A DNA stretch of 24,000 nt from an uncultured Alphaproteobacteria bacterium (GTDB taxonomy: Bacteria; Pseudomonadota; Alphaproteobacteria; Rhizobiales; Pleomorphomonadaceae). The DNA lies in NCBI GenBank assembly GCA_937900425.1, contig CALCDT010000357.1:1-24000 (forward strand). Direction: 5' to 3'. Position numbers and translations under genes: made by a program. Under the pieces are notes generated by a model, which saw nothing but the letters and a program-made list of their open reading frames with translations, was not told the DNA's origin and did no database searches. Within the stretch, counting starts at the first letter, position 1. Every line of letters starts with the position of its first letter. Below are positions 1-8,252 of this stretch, in pieces.

Positions 1-1
1 C

Positions 2-112
2 GGCGCCGGCAAGGACGCGGCGGCGCAGGAGGCGATCCGGGCCGCGGTGGAGCGGCTCGCGGGGCCGGAGGCGATGGGGACGCTGTTCAAGGTGCTGGTG
101 GTGGAGGGGTAG
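2..112 (+). CDS. 3' end of a CDS that starts upstream of the window. The C-terminus is ...AGPEAMGTLFKVLVVEG*. It may be a MidA/NDUFAF7-like (COG1565) SAM-dependent methyltransferase.
   Basis: Open frame from the window edge to TAG at 110-112. The C-terminal 'MGxLFKVL' ending resembles what I remember of COG1565 proteins. The fragment is too short to be sure. Confidence 0.3.
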   Translation, partial: GAGKDAAAQEAIRAAVERLAGPEAMGTLFKVLVVEG

Positions 113-297
113 GGGCGGAGCGCCATCCCCCTCGCTCCTCTCTTGCTGCACTGCGGAACGATTTTTCCCCTGCACCGTTCCGTCGATGGGCGCCGTCGCG
201 TCCGCTCCCTTCGCCCGTTCGGATGCAAGCCATCTCGAACCGACCGGCTGCGCCGCCGTTCGCCGCAGTCCCATCGTGCCGCGAGGTGATCACGCCG

Positions 298-1434
298 ATG
301 ATGCCCGACACGCTCGACACCGCCCTTCGCGACCTCGACAGGCGGCTCTCCTGGATTCCGCCGTGGGCGGTCAGCCTCGCGCTCTTCGCCCTCGCGGCGC
401 TGACGGCGCTCTTCGTCCACCGGCTGGTCTACCGGCTGCTCAGCAGGCTGGTGGCGGGACGCGACCTGTTCTGGCGTTCGCTGGTGGCGCGGACCGAGGG
501 ACCGACGCGGCTCGCCATCCTGATCCTGTTCCTCGCGGTGGCGGCGAGCGTCGCGCCGCTCAGCAACGCCCAGGGCGAGATGATCCGCCACGGGCTGCAG
601 CTCTGTTTCATCGCGCTGCTCGGCTGGGTCGCCCACACCGCGCTGCACATCTGGACGACGGTGTACCTGCGCCGCTTCAAGCTCGACGCCGAGGACAACC
701 TGCTCGCCCGCAAGCACGTCACCCAGTCGCGCATCCTGCAGCGGGTGCTCAACGTGCTGATCGTGCTGGTGAGCATCGCCGCGATCCTGATGACCTTCGA
801 GGGCGTGCGACAATACGGCGTCTCGCTGCTCGCCTCGGCCGGGGCGGCCGGTATCGTCGCCGGCCTCGCCCTGCAGCCGGTGCTGAAGAACATCTTCGCC
901 GGCATCCAGCTCGCCGTGACCCAGCCGATCCGCATCGACGACGCGCTCATCGTCGAGGGCGAGTGGGGCAACGTCGAGGAGATCACCGCCACCTACGTGG
1001 TGCTGCGGCTGTGGGACTGGCGGCGGCTGATCCTGCCGCTCAGCTATTTCATCGAGCAGCCGTTCCAGAACTGGACCCGGGAGGGCGCCGCCCTGATCGG
1101 CACGGTGATGCTCTACCTCGACCACCGCGCCCCCATGGACGCGCTGCGCGCCAAGGTCGTCGAACTCGCCCGCGCCAACCGGCTGTGGGACCGGCAGGTG
1201 GTGGCGGTGCAGGTGACGGATTTCCGCGAGCAGGTGATGGAGGTGCGCATCCTCGTCAGCGCGTCGAACGCCCCGAAGGCCTTCGATCTCAGATGCGAGA
1301 TGCGCGAGGCGGTGATCGGCTGGCTGCAGGCCGAGCACCCCTACGCGCTGCCGCGGGTGCGGGCCGACGTCGAGGCGATGCCGGAGCGGGAGGCGTGGGT
1401 ATTGCCGGCCGGCACCAAGACGGCGTCCGCATGA
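298..1434 (+). CDS. Mechanosensitive ion channel family protein (MscS-like)
   Basis: ORF 223..1434. Multiple N-terminal TM helices are followed by the MscS pore-helix/beta-domain signature (AGAAGIVAGLALQPVLKNIFAGIQLAVTQPIRIDDALIVEGEWGNVEEI). I prefer the ATG at 298 (MMPDTL...), but 223 is possible. Confidence 0.85.
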   Translation: MMPDTLDTALRDLDRRLSWIPPWAVSLALFALAALTALFVHRLVYRLLSRLVAGRDLFWRSLVARTEGPTRLAILILFLAVAASVAPLSNAQGEMIRHGLQLCFIALLGWVAHTALHIWTTVYLRRFKLDAEDNLLARKHVTQSRILQRVLNVLIVLVSIAAILMTFEGVRQYGVSLLASAGAAGIVAGLALQPVLKNIFAGIQLAVTQPIRIDDALIVEGEWGNVEEITATYVVLRLWDWRRLILPLSYFIEQPFQNWTREGAALIGTVMLYLDHRAPMDALRAKVVELARANRLWDRQVVAVQVTDFREQVMEVRILVSASNAPKAFDLRCEMREAVIGWLQAEHPYALPRVRADVEAMPEREAWVLPAGTKTASA

Positions 1435-1543
1435 GGCGGAGCGTCCGGCCGGATGATCCGGTGCGGGAGGCGGGCCGGGAGGTGCCGGCGCGTTCGGTGC
1501 CGGGGCCGGGCGCCCGGTGGCGGGCACCCGGCCGGGCCGTGCG

Positions 1544-1918
1544 TCAGCTGGCGCCGGCGAGATAGGAGACGATCGCCTGGCGCTGGGCCGGGTCGGAGAT
1601 GCCGGGGAACGGCTTCATGTTGTGACCGGGAACCACGGCGTCCGGGTTCTCGATGAAGGCGTCGAGCTTTTCCTCGTCCCAGGCGAAGCCGGCGCCGGCC
1701 ATGGCGGAAGAATAGGAATAGCCCTCGAGGCTGCCCGCCTCCCGGCCGACGACGCCGCCGAGGCTCGGGCCAAGCCGGTTGTCGCCCTCCGCGGTGGTGT
1801 GGCAGGTGCGGCAGGCGTTGTTGAAGACGAGCTGGCCGTCGTCCTGCTGCGCCTTGGCGGGGGCGGCGAACGCGGCGGCGGCGATGGCGAGCGGGGCGGC
1901 GAACCTTGCAAGGGACAT
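1544..1918 (-). CDS. Class I c-type cytochrome (mitochondrial-type / cytochrome c2-like), secreted
   Basis: Internal ATG at 1918 of ORF 1544..2158, preceded by GGAGGA (reverse complement of 1924-1930). Signal peptide MSLARFAAPLAIAAAAFAAPAKA, haem motif CRTCH, and a downstream GPSLGGVVGR...NMKPFPG Met-ligand region. Confidence 0.85.
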   Translation of the reverse strand: MSLARFAAPLAIAAAAFAAPAKAQQDDGQLVFNNACRTCHTTAEGDNRLGPSLGGVVGREAGSLEGYSYSSAMAGAGFAWDEEKLDAFIENPDAVVPGHNMKPFPGISDPAQRQAIVSYLAGAS

Positions 1919-2196
1919 GTCTTTTCCTCCTCGTCTGCGGCCGGGCGGGCGCGTGCGATCCGGCCCCCGGCCAAGATCCCGTCGAAAAGGGAGCGCGCGC
2001 GCTTCGGAATTGTTCCGGGGTGGACGGGTGCCGGGGGCGGGACCGGACGCCGCAGGCCGGCGGACGCCGGGCGGCCATGCGCCGGGCGCGGGGCGCGGTC
2101 GTGGCGGTCCGGCGCGAAGCGGATTATGGTTAGCCGGCGCCCGTCGTTTCGCCCGCAAGCCCGGGCTTTTCCCCGCCTCCGCCCCGGTGATCGCCC

Positions 2197-3039
2197 GTGT
2201 CCGGCACCGTCGTCCTCGTCGTCCTTCTCGCCGCCTTCTGCCACGCGCTCTGGAACACCATCGCCAAGGCCGGGCCGCGCAAGTTCTTCAACAGCGTGAT
2301 GATCGCCGGCGGCTCGGCGGTGATCTCGCTGGCGGCGCTGCCGTTCCTCACCCAGCCGGAGGCGGCGAGCTGGCCCTATCTCGCCGCGTCGGTGTCGCTG
2401 CAGATCGTCTATTACAGCCTCGTCGCCGCGGCCTACGGCGCCGGCGACATGAGCCAGGCCTATCCGCTGATGCGCGGCACCGCGCCGCTGATCGTCGCGA
2501 TCGCCAGCGGGCCGCTGATCGGCGAGGCGCTGGAGCCGGCGCGCTGGGCCGGCGTCGGCCTGATCTGCCTCGGCGTCCTCGCCATCGCGCTCAACGCCCG
2601 GCGGCGGGCGGCGCCGAACACCGCCGGCACGGTCTACGCCCTCGTCAACGCGGGGGTGATCGCCGGCTACACCCTCGTCGACGGCGTCGGGGTGCGCCTC
2701 TCCGGCGCGCCGGCCGCCTACACGATGTGGAACTGCGTGGCAACGGCGGCGCTGTTCCTCGGCTACGTCGGCCTCTCGCAACGCGCCGAGTTCCTCGCCT
2801 ACGTCCGCCCGCGCTGGCATCTGGCGCTCGTCGGCGGCGCCGGCACGCTCGCCTCCTACGGCCTGTCGCTGTGGGCGATGACGCAGGCGCCGGTCGCCGT
2901 GGTGGCGGCGCTGCGCGAGACCTCGATCCTGTTCGGCGCGGCGCTGTCCTTCCTGATCCTCAAGGAGCGGATCGGCTGGCCGCGGCTGGCGGCGAGCGGG
3001 GTGATCCTCGCCGGGGCGGCGACGATCCGCTTCTTCTGA
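2197..3039 (+). CDS. EamA/DMT-superfamily transporter
   Basis: 280-aa polytopic membrane protein of about 10 TM helices. N-terminus (LLAAFCHALWNTIAKAG) and overall organisation are typical of EamA-domain drug/metabolite transporters. GTG start. Confidence 0.75.
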   Translation: MSGTVVLVVLLAAFCHALWNTIAKAGPRKFFNSVMIAGGSAVISLAALPFLTQPEAASWPYLAASVSLQIVYYSLVAAAYGAGDMSQAYPLMRGTAPLIVAIASGPLIGEALEPARWAGVGLICLGVLAIALNARRRAAPNTAGTVYALVNAGVIAGYTLVDGVGVRLSGAPAAYTMWNCVATAALFLGYVGLSQRAEFLAYVRPRWHLALVGGAGTLASYGLSLWAMTQAPVAVVAALRETSILFGAALSFLILKERIGWPRLAASGVILAGAATIRFF

Positions 3040-3226
3040 GGCGTAAGGGCCGGGCTCCAGCAGGGCTGGGGGCTGGCGGGGCCGGCGGGCGGGGGGAAGT
3101 CGCGGCCGCATCGGCCCCTGCCGCCGGATCACGGTGAACGAAGCGTTAACGCCGGCGGGGCCATCCTTCGCGAGAAGCCCGCCGCCCGCTGACGGATGCG
3201 CGGGTCGTTCGCCGGAAGGATTCGGA

Positions 3227-3601
3227 ATGCGTCTTCCCGCCGCGGCCGCCCTCGGCCTCGCCGCCCTCACCCTCGCCGCCTGCGGCAGCGGGCCCCAGCA
3301 GTGCGGCCGGGCGTCGTGGTACCAGCTGACCTCGCGCACCGCGAGCGGCGAGATGGCCAACCCCGACAGCCTTTCGGCCGCCCACCGCTCGCTGCCCTTC
3401 GGCACCAGGGTGAAGGTGACGAACCTGCGCAACGGCCGCAGCACCGTGGTGCGGATCAACGACCGCGGCCCCTATGCCGGCGGCCGGGTCATCGACGTCA
3501 CCCGGGCCGCGGCCGACCGCCTCGATTTTCGCCGCGACGGGGTGACGGACGTGTCGATCCGCCCGCTCGGCGGCGAATCGCTGAAGGGCGGGCGATGCTG
3601 A
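3227..3601 (+). CDS. rlpA: RlpA-like septal-ring lytic transglycosylase family lipoprotein (DPBB domain)
   Basis: Internal ATG at 3227 with GGAAGGA upstream. Lipoprotein signal with lipobox (LAALTLAAC). DPBB signature ASWYQ...TASGE...AAHRSLPFGTRVKVTNLRNGRSTVVRINDRGPY. Confidence 0.8.
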   Translation: MRLPAAAALGLAALTLAACGSGPQQCGRASWYQLTSRTASGEMANPDSLSAAHRSLPFGTRVKVTNLRNGRSTVVRINDRGPYAGGRVIDVTRAAADRLDFRRDGVTDVSIRPLGGESLKGGRC

Positions 3602-3752
3602 GGACGGGACATGGGCAGCGGCGTGAAAAATTCGTGAAGGCAGCCTGCGCGAAACGCATCACACCCTTGCATTTACGCATGATTGACGATGCGGGGCGCA
3701 TGGTCGAGGAATAGGAAAGGCGCCTGTCGCGCCGTCTGGAATCTCCGCCATC

Positions 3753-4040
3753 ATGATCGAGTCCGCGCTCACCGATCTCGTCGGCTCCTCCGCCGCCGTC
3801 ATCACCACGCTTTGCTGGCTGCCGCAGGCGGTCAAGATCATCCGCGACAAGGACGCCTCGGCGATCTCCTCGTCGGCCTACGGCGCGCTCGCCTTCGGCG
3901 TCGCCCTCTGGCTGGTCTACGGGCTGATGATCGGCGCGGTGCCGGTGATCGCGGCCAACGCGGTGACGCTGCTGCTCGTTCTGGCGATCCTCGGCCTCAA
4001 GTTCCGCCTGCAGCGGTCGCTGAAGCCAGCCTCCGCGTGA
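3753..4040 (+). CDS. SemiSWEET / PQ-loop (MtN3-like) small 3-TM transporter
   Basis: 95 aa with three TM helices and the PQ motif in TM1 (TTLCWLPQAVKIIRDKDASAIS). Size is typical of bacterial SemiSWEETs. Confidence 0.7.
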   Translation: MIESALTDLVGSSAAVITTLCWLPQAVKIIRDKDASAISSSAYGALAFGVALWLVYGLMIGAVPVIAANAVTLLLVLAILGLKFRLQRSLKPASA

Positions 4041-4539
4041 TCTCCTCGATCCGGGCCCGGTTGACGCCGAAGTCGCCGCGGCCGACGACGCTGGCGGCGT
4101 AGGCCCACAGCCGCGTTCCGCCGGCGGGGTCGGCGGTGACGCGGAAATGCAACCGGTCGGGGAAACGCATCAGCTCGGTGCGCGCCACCGCCCGGAGCGT
4201 ACCGGCGCCGTCGTCCCTGACGATCTGCTCGACGCCCGCCGTCGCGGCGAGGACCGCGGCGAGCCTGTCGAGCACGGCCGCCGGCGGCTCGGGATAGCGC
4301 GGGGCGATCAGCTCCGGCGCCGCGCCCGCGCAATAGCCTTCAGGGCACATCAGCACGTCGTTGGGATGGCCGCTGCGCGTCGGCGCGTCGAAGTCGTAGG
4401 GGCCGGCGTCGGCGGGGCCGGCGACGCGCTGCCACAGCGCCTCCCGGCCATAGGCGAGGACACCGACCGCCGCGACGGCGCCGAGGCCGGCGACGAGGCC
4501 GGTCGCGACGAGCAGCATGCGCAGCGGCCGGACCGCCAT
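3997..4539 (-). CDS. DUF1499 domain-containing protein (N-terminal membrane anchor)
   Basis: C-terminal 180 aa of the artefactually long ORF 3997..5880, starting at the ATG at 4539 (MAVRPLRMLLVATGL...). The C-terminal SVVGRGDFGVNRARIEEI matches the DUF1499 signature (S.G.sD.GvNr.R). It lies 2 nt downstream of the stop of the preceding gene. Confidence 0.7.
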   Translation of the reverse strand: MAVRPLRMLLVATGLVAGLGAVAAVGVLAYGREALWQRVAGPADAGPYDFDAPTRSGHPNDVLMCPEGYCAGAAPELIAPRYPEPPAAVLDRLAAVLAATAGVEQIVRDDGAGTLRAVARTELMRFPDRLHFRVTADPAGGTRLWAYAASVVGRGDFGVNRARIEEITRRLASATAAGGT

Positions 4540-4541
4540 CG

Positions 4542-5750
4542 TCAGTCTTCCAGGGCCGGCGTCAGCCGGATCAGGGCGCCGTTGCGGGCGTCCGTCAGCA
4601 GCCAGATCGCGCCGTCGGGACCGGTGCGCACGTCGCGGATGCGGCCGAAGCGGCCCTTGAACAACCGCTGCTCGCCGACGACGGTGCCGTTCTCGACGTC
4701 GAGGCGCACGACCATCTGGTCCTTGAGGGCGCCGACGAGGATGTCGCCGCGCCAGGCGGCGAAGAGATCGCCGTCGTAGAAGGTCATGCCCGAGGGCGCG
4801 ATCGACGGGTCCCAGTGATGGAGCGGCTGCTCCATGCCCGGCGCCGCCGTGCCGACGCCGATCTTCTCGCCGGAATAATGCCGTCCGAAGCTGATCTCCG
4901 GCCAGCCGTAGTTGGCGCCGGCCTCCGGGCGGTTGATCTCGTCGCCGCCGCGGGCGCCGTGTTCGACCACCCAGAGCGTGCCCGAGGAATCGAGGGCGGC
5001 ACCCTGCGGGTTGCGGTGGCCGTAGGACCAGACTTCCGGCATGGCGCCGGAGGCGGCGTTGGCGAAGGGGTTGTCGGCGGGCAGCGCGCCGTCGTCGCCG
5101 ATACGGACGATCTTGCCGATGTGGTTGGAGAGCGTCTGCGCCGGCTCGCCGAGGCCGCGCTCGCCAAGGGTGACGAAGAGCCTGCCGTCCGGGGCGAAGA
5201 CGAGGCGCGAGCCGTAGTGGCGGCCGCTGCTCACCTTGGGCTGCTGGCGGAAGATCACGGTGAAGTCGTCGAGCCGGGCATCGCCGCCCTCGCGCACCAG
5301 CCGGCCGTGGCCGACGGCGGTGCCGGACCCGCGATCGCCGCCTTCCGAATAGGACAGGTAAACCCGGCCGTTGCTCGCGAAGTCGGGGTGCAGCGCGACG
5401 TCGAGCAGGCCGCCCTGGCCTTCGGCGACGACCTCGGGGACGCCGGCGAGGGGGTCGGACAGGCGGCCACCCTCGACGAGGCGCAGGCGGCCGGGGCGTT
5501 CCGTCACCAGCATCGCGCCCTCCGGCAGGAAGGCGAGGCCCCAGGGGCGGGAGAGGCCGGAGACGACCGTTTCGGCCCGGATCGCGTCCTCTTCGATCGG
5601 AACCGGGTCGGCGGCGACGGCGACGGTGGCCAGCGACAGCGGCGCGAGGGCGAGGAGGGCGGCGAGGGCCGTGCGGACCCGCGGCGGGGTGCGGTCGCCG
5701 GACGGGCGGCGGCGGAGCGGCAGGGGTGCGTTCGGGCGAGGCGGCGTCAT
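4542..5750 (-). CDS. PQQ-dependent sugar dehydrogenase (soluble aldose/sorbosone dehydrogenase, YliI-like), secreted
   Basis: 402 aa with a signal peptide. Beta-propeller motifs GLLDVALHPDFASNGRVYLSY, HRNPQGAALD, GARGGDEINRPEAGANYGWP. Confidence 0.9.
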   Translation of the reverse strand: MTPPRPNAPLPLRRRPSGDRTPPRVRTALAALLALAPLSLATVAVAADPVPIEEDAIRAETVVSGLSRPWGLAFLPEGAMLVTERPGRLRLVEGGRLSDPLAGVPEVVAEGQGGLLDVALHPDFASNGRVYLSYSEGGDRGSGTAVGHGRLVREGGDARLDDFTVIFRQQPKVSSGRHYGSRLVFAPDGRLFVTLGERGLGEPAQTLSNHIGKIVRIGDDGALPADNPFANAASGAMPEVWSYGHRNPQGAALDSSGTLWVVEHGARGGDEINRPEAGANYGWPEISFGRHYSGEKIGVGTAAPGMEQPLHHWDPSIAPSGMTFYDGDLFAAWRGDILVGALKDQMVVRLDVENGTVVGEQRLFKGRFGRIRDVRTGPDGAIWLLTDARNGALIRLTPALED

Positions 5751-5910
5751 GTCGTTCGTCTCCGTCCCCCCGGATGGTCTGCCCCGGCCGCGTCACCGGA
5801 CGCGGCGTCCGATCTACGGGCGGCGGGCGTCCGCGGATCGGGTCAAGGAGCGAAATGGGGAGTGGAGAGGGACGCGGCAAGGCACCGGGCGCAACACCCG
5901 GCCGACGACG

Positions 5911-6279
5911 TCAGCAGCGGCGGCCCTGGCGGGCCGGGCCGAGGCCGAGCCTGACGCCGACCTCGTGCCAGAGCATGGCGACGAGGCCGATCATGGAGAG
6001 GAGGAGCGCCACGACGATGCCGGCGAGATAGCCGCCGTCGATCGTGACGAGGGCGTCGCCCGCCGGCGCGGCGGCGTGCCAGAGCGCGGCCTCGACCACG
6101 GCGTCGCGAACCGGGGCGTCCGGGGCGGGCGCGAGCAGGAAGGCGGCGGGGTCGGCCGGCGCGACGGGGTCCGAGGTGAGGCCGAGAGCGGAGGGCGGCG
6201 GCGCCAGCGGAGCGGCGGAGGCGATGCCGACGAAGGTCGCGGCGATAAAGAAGACGAGCAGGGCGACGACCTTGGTCAT
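5911..6279 (-). CDS. Hypothetical secreted Pro/Ala-rich protein with a C-terminal TM anchor
   Basis: ATG at 6279 gives a clear signal peptide (MTKVVALLVFFIAATFVGIASA). A C-terminal hydrophobic helix is present (YLAGIVVALLLSMIGLVAMLW). Third-position GC is very high, as in neighbouring real genes. I recognise no family. The ORF track extends it to 6387. Confidence 0.5.
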   Translation of the reverse strand: MTKVVALLVFFIAATFVGIASAAPLAPPPSALGLTSDPVAPADPAAFLLAPAPDAPVRDAVVEAALWHAAAPAGDALVTIDGGYLAGIVVALLLSMIGLVAMLWHEVGVRLGLGPARQGRRC

Positions 6280-6686
6280 GCGGCAGATCTCGGCGACGCT
6301 GTAGCGTGCCTGAGGCTGAGCCGTCAGAACAGGGTCCGCCAGGAGGAGGCCATCCGTCTCGACGTCATTCGTCGCCATGCCGATCACCCGAAGTGTCCCG
6401 ACCCGGCCTTCTGCCGGGCTAGCCGTGCCGACGGTTCCGGCACAATGCCATCTGGCCGGGGGATTGCGACGCGAGGAGGACGCGATCGGGGCCGAAGCGG
6501 GATTTTTCGTGGCGAATCTTGGGCTTTGCGGGTGGCGACGGGGTCGCCGGCTCGGGGTCGCCGGCGTTCGGTTCCCTCTACGCCGAGCGGCGGACGCTGG
6601 ACGGCTCGGGGCGCGGCCGGCTTCGGGCCGCCGGCGTCCGTCCCGTGGTGATGCTTTCGATCCCGCCGCCGTCGCCCGGGCTTTTC

Positions 6687-6797
6687 CCTCGTCCTTCGAG
6701 ACAGGCGCGATGCGCCTTCCTCAGGATGAGGGAAAAGGTCAAGCCTCTGCGATGACGGGAAAATTCCCGGCCTTATGTATCAAGCGCACCAAGCGCC
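6687..6797. repeat. Left copy of the imperfect inverted repeat bracketing the low-GC islet
   Basis: The core 6687-6731 (cctcgtccttcgagacaggcgcgatgcgccttcctcaggatgagg) matches the reverse complement of 9743-9788 at 39 of about 45 positions. The extension 6756-6797 matches the reverse complement of 9700-9742. The left copy has about 24 extra nt (6732-6755). Confidence 0.8.
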
Positions 6798-6924
6798 TTC
6801 GCTCTCCCTCTGACGGGTGGAGGCGGAGATGAAGGGTAGCGCTTGGCGCTGGTGGAGGGCGCTCGTTGACGCGTCCGTGGTGGCGGCCTCATGTATCAAC
6901 CGAGATAAGCACCTTCTGCTATGG

Positions 6925-7734
6925 CTAACTCTTTTCGTAGGCTGGCTGTTTGGTGCTGGCGGCTTTGATGCTAACCCGATGAGGAGTAGTCCAATCACCG
7001 CTTTTTTTCGTGAACATGGCTTCAAATCTACCATGGAATGGGTGCCCGAAGACGTCAGTCCCCTTCATCTCAATCGTTATATCCACGCCTGTGACGGAAG
7101 GAACCAGGTCCTTATGCATCGGAGGCCTCACAAACTCTATAGGATAATCCTGCTGTCCTTGCCCCCCAAGATCGGTTTGAGGGGATGGTTCTGCTTCCGA
7201 GACCGCGAAGCGGCCTTCTTTATGCTGCTTGATGTACAGGTGCAGAATCCCGTTCGTCACGACGCTCTGCATTGGACTGTTTCCGGTATTCGCCACCCTC
7301 AGGTAGCAAATCCACATCCAAGTCATTTCATCAAAAACTATGTGAGCGGCGAGGAAACTCGGATAAGCACGAACCTGCAATTCACCGATTTCCCTAGTGA
7401 CAACGACTGCGTCCTCAGCGGCCTTGACGGCTTTACGTGTTTCATTGAGCGTATCCCGAATGTACACGACGGCAAGCCAACTGATACCAGTTGCAAAGAT
7501 CGAAAATATCGCCATCACCCACTGTGGGAAGGGGTCGTTCCAGAAGTGGAAACTATCCGGGCCGGATACAGATTGCGAGATATTATCTTGGGTGTATTCT
7601 TCTACTGTAGCGGCGTCTTTCTGAGTTACAGGCTCTCTAAATGGCTGATTGAAATACGCGACGAGAACGACCGCGGCTAGCGCTGCAATGAGCGCTATAA
7701 GCGCACCTCGGTCGCCCCTATTGCATGAAGGCAT
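6925..7734 (-). CDS. Hypothetical membrane protein: two N-terminal TM helices, a short helical linker and a beta-rich C-terminal domain
   Basis: 269 aa with ordinary protein-like composition. TM helices are ALIALIAALAAVVLVAYF and WVMAIFSIFATGISWLAVVYI. It lies directly downstream of, and overlaps by 40 nt, the HTH gene on the same strand. The competing plus-strand ORF 6817..7680 is R/H/C/W-rich and looks spurious. No recognised family. No obvious SD, which suggests coupling with the upstream gene. Confidence 0.6.
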   Translation of the reverse strand: MPSCNRGDRGALIALIAALAAVVLVAYFNQPFREPVTQKDAATVEEYTQDNISQSVSGPDSFHFWNDPFPQWVMAIFSIFATGISWLAVVYIRDTLNETRKAVKAAEDAVVVTREIGELQVRAYPSFLAAHIVFDEMTWMWICYLRVANTGNSPMQSVVTNGILHLYIKQHKEGRFAVSEAEPSPQTDLGGQGQQDYPIEFVRPPMHKDLVPSVTGVDITIEMKGTDVFGHPFHGRFEAMFTKKSGDWTTPHRVSIKAASTKQPAYEKS

Positions 7735-7934
7735 TGGACGAAGAACACCGCTGTGAATGAACCGCGGGCGATCTTATTCCGAAGGTTGCGCTCTGTCTCG
7801 TGGACTCCGATGGCCGCGAGCTTTTCCACGAGCTGGACGTAGGTGAGGCTCCGCCGCTTCAGCTCGGCCTTCAGGATGCCCTTCACCCGGACCTCCCACT
7901 CGGCATGATCGGCGGCAACGGGCTTGTCTGACAT
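7695..7934 (-). CDS. Small helix-turn-helix protein (DUF6471-like / XRE-like)
   Basis: ATG at 7934 with GGAGAG 6 nt upstream. The 79-aa product KAELKRRSLTYVQLVEKLAAIGVHETERNLRNKIARGSFTAVFFVQCLHAIG matches my memory of DUF6471 small HTH proteins. Confidence 0.7.
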   Translation of the reverse strand: MSDKPVAADHAEWEVRVKGILKAELKRRSLTYVQLVEKLAAIGVHETERNLRNKIARGSFTAVFFVQCLHAIGATEVRL

Positions 7935-7962
7935 CCGCGACTCTCCTCTGATGGCGGATGTC

Positions 7963-7991
7963 ATCATATTCGGTGCTTTTGCCCTTGACAA
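7963..7991 (-). promoter_or_regulatory. Predicted sigma70-type promoter for the HTH/membrane-protein pair
   Basis: The minus strand reads TTGTCA (7991-7986), then a 17-nt spacer, then TATGAT (7968-7963). This lies about 25 nt upstream of the ATG at 7934. Confidence 0.45.
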
Positions 7992-8013
7992 TGGGGCGCT
8001 GTATCATCATATC
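7985..8013 (+). promoter_or_regulatory. Possible divergent plus-strand promoter sharing the -35 region
   Basis: Perfect TTGACA at 7985-7990, 17 nt, then a weak -10 CATATC at 8008-8013. It points toward the IS1595 relic and the DUF3800 gene. Confidence 0.3.
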
Positions 8014-8047
8014 TGGTCCATAAGCATCACGGATGATGACAACAGTC

Positions 8048-8218
8048 ATGGCCCAGCACTTCCTCCTCTCTGCGGCGGCTCGCACCCTCTCCCTCAAGGC
8101 CATCTATCAGGCCGGCGAGGATGCGGCTTACCAGACGTTCCGGAAAATCCGCTGGGCCGACACCAATGGCGACGCGGTTTGCCGGTCGTGGAAGGGGTAT
8201 TGGCAGCGCGCCGTTTAG
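8048..8218 (+). pseudogene. Truncated IS1595-family transposase (only about 45 N-terminal aa retained)
   Basis: MAQHFLLSAAARTLSLKAIYQAGEDAAYQTFRKIRWADTNGDAVC matches the N-terminus of IS1595-family transposases, up to the first Cys of the zinc-ribbon domain. Similarity is lost at about 8182 and the frame stops at 8218. No DDE domain is present. Confidence 0.7.
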
Positions 8219-8252
8219 GTGCCATTAAATGCGCTCAACTAGAGCGAATAAG

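Noticed and set aside
186-1565. 459-aa plus-strand ORF overlapping the MscS gene in another frame. The same applies to 429..992(-), 1341..2078(-), 1517..2299(+), 1615..3459(-) and 1779..3137(+).
   Set aside because: Their composition is extremely Arg/Pro/Gly/Ala-rich and they have no recognisable domains. They overlap genes with clear family signatures. Such frames stay open by chance in DNA of about 70% GC.
6640-6690. tRNA-3'-end-like string (gctttcgatcccgccgccgtcgccc) next to the islet border, which might have been a tRNA attachment-site remnant.
   Set aside because: The 5 nt preceding TTCGATC (gatgc) cannot pair with ccgcc to form a T-arm. There is no CCA/acceptor partner and no matching copy at the other islet border. 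No intact tRNA is seen anywhere in the window.
6817-7680. 287-aa plus-strand ORF opposite the 2-TM protein gene in the islet.
   Set aside because: It is rich in R/H/C/W, has no coherent TM or domain pattern and has no SD. The minus-strand ORF has protein-like composition, clear TM helices and an operon context with the HTH gene. This call is uncertain and should be tested by homology.
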